Shown here: one piece after another, positions 57,540 to 64,000 of the stretch
Position numbering within the stretch: the stretch's first letter is position 1
Layout: the number at the start of each line of letters is the position of its first letter
NCBI GenBank assembly: GCA_963803695.1
Contig: CAWDNY010000011.1
Coordinates: forward strand, 159,504 to 223,503
Direction of reading: 5' to 3'
DNA from: an uncultured Actinomycetota bacterium
GTDB lineage: Bacteria > Actinomycetota > Actinomycetes > Actinomycetales > Dermatophilaceae
Length of the DNA stretch: 64,000 nucleotides
The notes under the pieces: model-generated
Seen by the model: the letters and a program-made list of their open reading frames with translations, nothing else
What the model was told of the DNA's origin: nothing
Database searches by the model: none
Translations under genes and position numbers: made by a program

Positions 57540-58469
57540 CTAAGAACCAGGATTGGGCACGAGGCGGTTGCGTGAGGTGAGGACTTCTAGGGGTTGGGGT
57601 GGGCCGTCGATGGTGACGGTGCCCGGGATGGGCTGCCAGGCTGCGCCGTTGACCGAGTATTCGCCGCCGTAGATGACGCTTATCGAGGGATTCACGGTTT
57701 CCTTGGCGAGGTAGGTGTGTTGAATGTCGCCGTCGGGCCAGGTGCCACCGAGTGAGGACACTGGCCCCTGGGCGTCGCCGTCGCCAAAGTCGTACGTCGC
57801 GTTGACGAAGGTGGGGCGGATTCGGACGTTGTAGCCGATGAGGACGGTGTTGTCGATCTCTTGGGGTTCGACTCCATCTTCTGGCCACTGGAGTTCGAAG
57901 AAGGTGGGGATGTTGACCAGCGTTTGTCCGCCGGGGGGTTCCATGGAGGTTTGGGGAAGCGCGAATGCGGTCGAGTGGAATTGGGCGATGATCTGGTTGA
58001 TGCCGAGGACTGGTGCGCCGCCGCCGGATCGTGCGGGCAGGGCGTCGGGGAAGCATGTGGTGCCGAATTGCTCCCAATCGCCGGTGTCGCCGTCGCGCGT
58101 GACGATGCGCCGGTACATGCGGTGCCAGATCGCGGTGCCTTGTCCGTTGTCGGCGCAGTAGGTGGCGGCTGCGGCGCAGACCTCAGTGTTGATGTTTTCG
58201 ACCGTGTTGCCCTCGCAGTTCACGATGACGAGGTACTCGTACCACTCACCCGGATCCGGATCATCAGCTTTGGCTCCCGCGGGAAGCACATCCTTCAAGC
58301 CTTCGATCACAGCGCGCTCGGCATTCGTGTCGATAGTGCCGTTGCCGCCATTCGTTTCCGAGGTGGCCCCTCCCCGTCCGGGGGTTGTGGTCTCGTCTGC
58401 AGCCGAAGCGACGCCAGGAACGCTGAGTGCGATCACGAAGCTGGCGATTGCTGCGCTACGCCTCAACAC
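57540..58469 (-). CDS. Secreted protein with four Cys and a C-terminal PKD/Ig-like segment
   Basis: Signal peptide (…VPGVASAA), LVNIPTFF, YDFGDG, HTYL, YGGEYSVNG..W..IPG. Confidence 0.75.
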   Translation of the reverse strand: MLRRSAAIASFVIALSVPGVASAADETTTPGRGGATSETNGGNGTIDTNAERAVIEGLKDVLPAGAKADDPDPGEWYEYLVIVNCEGNTVENINTEVCAAAATYCADNGQGTAIWHRMYRRIVTRDGDTGDWEQFGTTCFPDALPARSGGGAPVLGINQIIAQFHSTAFALPQTSMEPPGGQTLVNIPTFFELQWPEDGVEPQEIDNTVLIGYNVRIRPTFVNATYDFGDGDAQGPVSSLGGTWPDGDIQHTYLAKETVNPSISVIYGGEYSVNGAAWQPIPGTVTIDGPPQPLEVLTSRNRLVPNPGS

Positions 58470-59076
58470 TCTTAATCCACTCGATCAAGAATCCGCCCGA
58501 TTCAAAGTTCAACTGAATTGCCCAATCGAGTTCAGGCACGGGTTCAGTGCGAGCCACGACATCGTTAGCCGCATCGAGGATTTCGGCCTCCAGAGCCTCG
58601 CCTTCGAGCTGGACGCGGTAGCCGGATTCGAAAGGAAGCGCCTCGATTGAGTCGACCGCAAGTGAATCGATCTTGTATCGGTCGCCCGCGTCCTCGAGTT
58701 CGCTCGTTTCTTTCTCGAGCACGTCGCACGTGGCGCACCCAGGTTGGCCGTAGGGCTCCAGCAGCCCGGATTGAGGGACCCGGCCCGTGTAGTTGAGCAG
58801 GTCGACGTAGTACTGGACGAAGGCTTCTGCTCCGTCTTCGGTGTCCTCTGTCGCTGCCTCGGGCAACTCGGGGATGCCGGGGTCTTCGCCAGCGTCGGTG
58901 GGGGCCGCGCTGGTCTGCTCAGCATCATCAGGTGTGGCTGTCGCGGACGCTTCCGCGCGATCAGTCAGGGAGTCCTCAGCGGTGGGCGGCGGCGAGGGTT
59001 CGGTCGTGGAGCAAGCCGCCACCGACCCCAGCAGGATGGACACAGCCATCACGGACATACGTCGCACAGAGATCAC
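58456..59076 (-). CDS. DUF6318-like lipoprotein
   Basis: LLGSVAAC lipobox, PT-rich linker, PELPEAATEDTEDGAEAFVQYYVDLLNY, CATC. Confidence 0.75.
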   Translation of the reverse strand: MISVRRMSVMAVSILLGSVAACSTTEPSPPPTAEDSLTDRAEASATATPDDAEQTSAAPTDAGEDPGIPELPEAATEDTEDGAEAFVQYYVDLLNYTGRVPQSGLLEPYGQPGCATCDVLEKETSELEDAGDRYKIDSLAVDSIEALPFESGYRVQLEGEALEAEILDAANDVVARTEPVPELDWAIQLNFESGGFLIEWIKSVEA

Positions 59077-59440
59077 CTCAGGGTTAGACAGGACAACTCA
59101 ACTGCTCACGGAAGCCACAGTCTGACGTATCTGCGCAGCCTCGGGCGAACTGTCCACAGGAACCACAGGCCGGGCACCATTGGTGTGGATAACTCTTGAG
59201 GGGCCACCGCGAAGTCTGCTCAGATTGGCGGTGTTCAACATTGAGCCGTTTTGCTGATGAGTGAATGAGTCCTATTGGGGCTGACCCAGATCGATGAAGG
59301 GCATCGACCAAGTGTCCCGATTGAGCTCCGTCACCGACATCCGCCTATCCCCCCGACGTGCCGGATCTGCCTGTCGCTTCTCTCTGGTGCTCAGCTCAAG
59401 CGTGTGACGAAATTGACGCTATGGCGCGAATCATGTCGCA

Positions 59441-59498
59441 CGGTTGGGGCCAGCACCACGCGGCTGACCCACTGGGAGCACTGAGACGACCCGGGCCG
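59441..59498 (+). ncRNA. Candidate Na+ riboswitch (DUF1646-motif-like)
   Basis: CGGTTGGG...AGACGACCCGGGCCG; the two ends can pair (CGGUU/GGCCG plus GGG/CCC); located in the leader of TrkA-C and CPA2 antiporter genes. Confidence 0.45.
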
Positions 59499-59536
59499 AA
59501 AGACCCCTAAGGTGAGCACGTGAGAAAGGCTCAACC

Positions 59537-60037
59537 ATGATGAACCGCCATGCCCCCGAGGTTGTCGAAACGATCCTGCCTGGGGTAGGCGTCAAGTACG
59601 AGCTCGCCACCCGAGGCGGGACCCCGCTCTCCCTCGTGGTCAACCGCGAGGGCGGCTCCGTGCTGATCGCGTACGACGCCCGCGACCCTGACCGGGCATC
59701 CCTCACCGTGCCCCTCGATGACGACGAAAGTGAAGCCCTCGCTGGCCTGCTCAACGGCGCGTCGATGGTCCATCACGTCAGCGAAGCCGCCAAACTCCCC
59801 GGCCTGCAAACCTCGAGAATCCGCATCGACGACCAAGCGCCCTTCGACGGCCTGACCCTCGGCGAGACCCAAGCCAGGACCCGCACAGGCTGCTCCATCG
59901 TAGCCATCGTCCGGGGCGTCGACGTCGTGACATCCCCGGGCCCGGAGGAGCGATTCCGCGGCGGCGACCTGCTCGTCGTCGTCGGCACCGAGCCTGGCGT
60001 GGAGCAACTCCGCAAGATCATCTGGCACGGTCCGTAG
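59537..60037 (+). CDS. Cation:proton antiporter regulatory subunit (KhtT-like, TrkA-C domain)
   Basis: ETILPGVGVKY, RTRTGCSIVAIVRG, SPGPEERFRGGDLLVVVGT. Confidence 0.88.
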   Translation: MMNRHAPEVVETILPGVGVKYELATRGGTPLSLVVNREGGSVLIAYDARDPDRASLTVPLDDDESEALAGLLNGASMVHHVSEAAKLPGLQTSRIRIDDQAPFDGLTLGETQARTRTGCSIVAIVRGVDVVTSPGPEERFRGGDLLVVVGTEPGVEQLRKIIWHGP

Positions 60038-60047
60038 GGAGCCCACC

Positions 60048-61205
60048 GTGGACCACCTGGCCATCCTGTTCGTCGAGCTCGGCGCGCTCTTCGCAGGGTT
60101 AGCCATCTTGGGTCTGCTGGCCAAACGCCTGCACATCTCTGCGATCCCGTTCTATCTCCTGGCTGGGCTGGCTTTCGGCGACGGCGGCCTCGTCAAACTC
60201 AACGCCGCCGGTCCATTTGTCGAGGTGGCAGCCGAGATCGGCGTCATCCTGCTTCTCCTCACCCTCGGCCTGGAGTTCACCTCCTCAGAATTGATGGCCA
60301 GCCTCAAGCGGCATCGCACCTCCGGCGTGGTCGATTTCGTGCTCAACGCCACCCCAGGCTTCGCAGCCGGCTGGCTACTCGGTCTCCCAGCCGGCGGCAT
60401 ACTCGCGCTCGGCGGGATCACCTGGATCTCCTCCTCCGGCATCGTCGCGCGCGTGCTGTCCGACCTCGGCCGCCTCGGCAACCGCGAAACCCCGTCGGTC
60501 CTGTCGCTCCTCGTGCTCGAAGACATCGCGATGGCGCTGTATCTCCCGATTCTGGTCGTCGTACTCTCCGGCGGCGGGCCGTGGCAGGCGCTCGCCGGGG
60601 TGTCGCTCGCCCTCGGCGCGGTGCTATTCATCCTGCTCATGGCCCATCACGGCAGCGATCGGCTGGAGCGGATGCTTGATCACCCCGACGACGAGCAGGT
60701 CCTGTTTCGGGTGCTCGGGCTGACCTTGCTCGTAGCTGGCGTGGCGCAGGGCGTGGGCGCCTCGGCCGCGGTTGGAGCGTTCCTCGTTGGTATAGCGATC
60801 CCGCACGCGTTGGCCGATCGGGCGCGGCACCTGCTCAGCCCGCTGCGTGACCTGTTTGCCTCGGTGTTCTTCGTGGCGTTCGGGCTGGCCACCGTCCCGG
60901 CCAATATGGTGCCGGTGCTCCTCCCCGCCCTCGGCTTGGCCCTGGTCGGGATTCTCACCAAACTTGCGACGGGTTGGTATGCCGCGAGGCACGACGGCGT
61001 CGGCCTTCCGGGGCGGTTGAGGGCTGGGGGAGCGCTGGTCTCTCGCGGTGAGTTCTCCGTGGTCATCGCGGGTTTGGCCGTCGGCGCCGGTGTCGGACAG
61101 GTGGCCCCGCTCGCGGCGGCATACGTCATGATCTTGGCGGTGCTCGGCCCGATCCTCGCCCGCCTTGCCGACCCAGTGGGCGAGCGCTTCCTTCCTGCGC
61201 GCTGA
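60048..61205 (+). CDS. CPA2-family cation:proton antiporter (KhtU/KefB-like)
   Basis: AEIGVILLLLTLGLEF, ISSSGIV, LVLEDIA, LRDLFASVFFV, RGEFSVVIA. Confidence 0.92.
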   Translation: MDHLAILFVELGALFAGLAILGLLAKRLHISAIPFYLLAGLAFGDGGLVKLNAAGPFVEVAAEIGVILLLLTLGLEFTSSELMASLKRHRTSGVVDFVLNATPGFAAGWLLGLPAGGILALGGITWISSSGIVARVLSDLGRLGNRETPSVLSLLVLEDIAMALYLPILVVVLSGGGPWQALAGVSLALGAVLFILLMAHHGSDRLERMLDHPDDEQVLFRVLGLTLLVAGVAQGVGASAAVGAFLVGIAIPHALADRARHLLSPLRDLFASVFFVAFGLATVPANMVPVLLPALGLALVGILTKLATGWYAARHDGVGLPGRLRAGGALVSRGEFSVVIAGLAVGAGVGQVAPLAAAYVMILAVLGPILARLADPVGERFLPAR

Positions 61206-61289
61206 GCCGCTGCGGAGGAGGCTTCTGGGGCAGTGATGTACACGGCGGTCACGCCGGGTGCAGAATCGGCTCGATATGAGAACTCTCCG

Positions 61290-64000
61290 ATGAACCCCGA
61301 GCCCGCTGCCCCCTCGCACGACCATCACCACCACGGCGGGATGTGCGGGGGGTTGGATCACCACTCCGGTGACTACACGCCGCAGCAGGTGGCCGATCTC
61401 GACCTCGTGTTGGCTTTCAACCGGCGGATGAGCGAGGCCATCAACGCTGGCCTCGACGTCACCGCCACCGAAGCGTTCCTGGACCCGGACCCGTTGCGAT
61501 ACATGTGGGTTGACGAGGGGCAGGGCCGGATCGCCGAGCAACTGGCCGGGGCCGAGGGTGTGCTGGCCCAGGCTCCTCGTCTGGTTGGCGAGCCGCGCGA
61601 TGGGGTGGAGTGGATCGAGGAGTCGGCAAAGGCCGCGCGGCCCTCGATCGCCGCAGCGTCCGACGGCACGACGCTGACCACGTGGATCGAGTGGGTGCCC
61701 GAGCGCGGGGAAGTCCTGCGGGCTCAAGTCCGCCCGCCGAGGGGTTCGAGCGAGTCGGCCGTAGTCGAAGAGATCGCCACCGATCCGGTCGACCTGTTTC
61801 GCCCCGTCGCCGTTGTCGACAAGGCCGGGACGTTCTGGGTGTTCGTGGCCCGGCGAGACACCCCGAGCAGCCCCGTCGGGGTGTATGCCGCGTGCCGAGG
61901 CGGCGACGGATGGTCGCCGTTGGAGCAGGTCAGCGACACCGGACACCCGTCCTTCAACCACGAAGTCGCCCCGGGTGCGGGCGGTGACGTGACCTTGACC
62001 TGGCAGGCTCCGGTCGACTCCGGCTTCGGCATCTACGCACGGACCCGGACCACCGAAGGGTGGGGGCCGACATCGCTGGTCTCCGAGGGGGTCGAGGCCA
62101 ACGTGTGGGACCCGGCGGTCGCGGTCCTGCCCGACGGCTCGAGCATGTTTGCCTGGTCGGAGTATGCCGACGGTTCTTATCGCGTCGTCCTGCGCACCCG
62201 CTCGGCGGAAGGCGCGCTCGGCGAACCGCGCATCATCACTGGCGGCAGCGATTACGCCCTGCACCCGAGCCTGGCCGTGACTAGCGACGGCCGGATCTGG
62301 TGCGCCTTCGACGTCATCACCATGCACGGCCACGCGGGCAGTGGGCCGACCAGGTTGCGACCGGCTCACGAGGTCGGTGCCGACCCCACCCGCATCGCGG
62401 GTGTCCGAACCTCCGGCGACAGCGTGCCCTCAGAGCTCATCCCCGAAGTCTCGGCCAGTATCAGGGTCGTCGAGGTGCTGCCCGACCGCGTCCGCGAGGC
62501 TCCTGGAGAGCTGGCGGCACAGCTCGACGTCGTCCCGTCCGGGCTGCCCAAGCTCGTCGCTGGGGTCGAGGGCGGGTTGGCCGTCGTCTATCGGGTGCAC
62601 CGCAAACTGCCGCTGATGACCTACTACTGGGAGGTCGCCGCGCAGGCGTTGGGGCCGCAGGGCTGGGAGCCGGCCACGACCTTCAGCGGGACCGACGGGA
62701 CATTGGAGGAGCCGGCCGTGACGGCATACCCCGGCGGGTTCACAATTGCTGCTCAGATGGATCGGCGGCTGGAGCGTGCGCTGACGTGGAGCGAGGGGTT
62801 TGGCGGGCGCGATTGTCCATATCTCTACGAGCATCACGGGTCGGTGATCTGGCACGGGATCCACGGGTTGGGGCAGATCGTGCACGCTCACCGAGGCGCG
62901 CTGCCGCAGATGTGGACTCCAACTCAGAGCGGCGATGAGGCAGCGCAGGTCGAGTCCGACCAGCGCATCGAGGCGCGGAGGTGGGTCGTGGACGCCGACG
63001 ACGCCAGCCCGCGCGTGCGACCGAGCGTCACTGTTGGGGGCGAGAAGATGCAGCTCTATTGGGGCGACCTGCACCGGCACTCCCTGGTCAGCCGGTGCAC
63101 GTCCGGTGACGAGCCGAGCCTGGAGGACTTCTACCGCTACGCCTGGGACGTCTGCGATTACGACTTCTGGGCGGTCACCGATCACGCCGAGAACTCCTCG
63201 GATCATCAGTGGTGGAGCATCCAAAAGATTGCCGATCTCTTCCACATCCCCGACCGGTTCGTGCCGCTCTACGGGTTTGAGTGGACGTCGGCGAGCAGTG
63301 GCCATCAGAACGTGATCTACGGCGACGTCGAACGTGGGGCACCGCTGTTTTCGTGCATGGCCGACGCTACGAACACTCCGGCCGGGCTGTGGGATGCGCT
63401 CAAGCAACACCCGGCCTACCCCGCGATCACGATCCCGCACCACCCCGGCGCGGCGATGGTCTACAACGACTGGGACTACCACGATCCGGAGTATTCGCGC
63501 CTGGTCGAGATCTTCCAGGCGTGCCGCGGCAACTACGAGACTCCCGGGTGCTTTCGACAGTATTCGGACGGCACGGCGACGGGCACGTTTGCCCTCGACG
63601 GGTTGTTGCGCGGGCACCGGTTCGGGTTCATCGCGTCCTCCGATCATGGGCACGGCGCGAGTTATGTGGGGGCGTATGCGCGGTCGCTAGATCGGGGCGA
63701 GGTGTTCTCGGCGTTGCGCGAGCGGCGGACCTTTGCCGCGACCACGCGTGACGTGACGCTCGATGTGCGGCTCCTCGGGAGTGAGAGCGGCGAGGCTTTC
63801 ATGGGTGAGGAGGCCGTGATCTCCGGCTCGCGGACAGTGCGGGTGCGCGCGTCGGGGTATGCCGACCTGGCCCGGATCGAGGTCGTCCGTGATGGACAGC
63901 TGGTGCACGTGGTGTCACCGCCGGTCGCCGCGATTGGTGAGGTCGAGGTCGGTGTGCGAGTCGAGTGGGGAGAAGCGGAAGGGTCGACGGTGTGGGACGG
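61290..64000 (+). CDS. Large DUF3604/PHP-like metallohydrolase with an N-terminal propeller-like region (runs off the window; not in the ORF track)
   Basis: Own translation, frame spot-checked at 61290, 62220, 63048 and 63900: His-rich HDHHHHGGMC start, repeated P.lA...DG...aW motifs, YWGDLHRHS, AVTDH, GFEWT, IPHHP, EIFQ, IASSDH. Confidence 0.8.
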   Translation, partial: MNPEPAAPSHDHHHHGGMCGGLDHHSGDYTPQQVADLDLVLAFNRRMSEAINAGLDVTATEAFLDPDPLRYMWVDEGQGRIAEQLAGAEGVLAQAPRLVGEPRDGVEWIEESAKAARPSIAAASDGTTLTTWIEWVPERGEVLRAQVRPPRGSSESAVVEEIATDPVDLFRPVAVVDKAGTFWVFVARRDTPSSPVGVYAACRGGDGWSPLEQVSDTGHPSFNHEVAPGAGGDVTLTWQAPVDSGFGIYARTRTTEGWGPTSLVSEGVEANVWDPAVAVLPDGSSMFAWSEYADGSYRVVLRTRSAEGALGEPRIITGGSDYALHPSLAVTSDGRIWCAFDVITMHGHAGSGPTRLRPAHEVGADPTRIAGVRTSGDSVPSELIPEVSASIRVVEVLPDRVREAPGELAAQLDVVPSGLPKLVAGVEGGLAVVYRVHRKLPLMTYYWEVAAQALGPQGWEPATTFSGTDGTLEEPAVTAYPGGFTIAAQMDRRLERALTWSEGFGGRDCPYLYEHHGSVIWHGIHGLGQIVHAHRGALPQMWTPTQSGDEAAQVESDQRIEARRWVVDADDASPRVRPSVTVGGEKMQLYWGDLHRHSLVSRCTSGDEPSLEDFYRYAWDVCDYDFWAVTDHAENSSDHQWWSIQKIADLFHIPDRFVPLYGFEWTSASSGHQNVIYGDVERGAPLFSCMADATNTPAGLWDALKQHPAYPAITIPHHPGAAMVYNDWDYHDPEYSRLVEIFQACRGNYETPGCFRQYSDGTATGTFALDGLLRGHRFGFIASSDHGHGASYVGAYARSLDRGEVFSALRERRTFAATTRDVTLDVRLLGSESGEAFMGEEAVISGSRTVRVRASGYADLARIEVVRDGQLVHVVSPPVAAIGEVEVGVRVEWGEAEGSTVWD

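Noticed and set aside
59150-59192. Replication origin
   Set aside because: Only two DnaA-like boxes, no AT-rich unwinding element and no dnaA/dnaN context
61317-61335. His run as an engineered tag or vector contamination
   Set aside because: HDHHHH lies in native high-GC context with further His/Cys residues and no vector sequence
60624-63653. 581-aa and 407-aa minus-strand ORFs
   Set aside because: Antisense shadows of the antiporter and of the long plus-strand ORF from 61290

Overview
High-GC actinobacterial chromosomal segment, Micrococcales-like by inference. Housekeeping blocks are interleaved with small accessory insertions. Core content: an IclR regulator and a histidine-utilisation cluster (hutH, hutU frameshifted twice, M20 amidohydrolase, hutF, hutI); serS; a NarL-type two-component system with an ABC-2 exporter; HAD, TrmH and VOC genes; csoR-copA; purB; blaI-M56-cydAB-cydDC; galE; a two-permease FtsX-type ABC system; a KhtT/CPA2 antiporter pair; and a large DUF3604/PHP-like gene running off the end. 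Accessory content: five toxin-antitoxin loci or remnants, about ten pseudogenes, several REP-like hairpin families, a cobalamin riboswitch and a candidate Na+ riboswitch. A roughly 6 kb foreign island encodes an ice-binding (DUF3494) protein and a class F sortase, and an IS with 14-bp inverted repeats has cut the ice-binding protein from its C-terminal sorting signal. The most unexpected signal is the non-palindromic octamer CGGCATAC/GTATGCCG. By manual count it occurs about 66 times (roughly 1 per kb), on both strands and in all codon frames, often through rare codons, and it is absent from the foreign island. It behaves like an uptake-sequence or HIP1-type genome signature. All family assignments come from motif recognition by eye, with no database searches.
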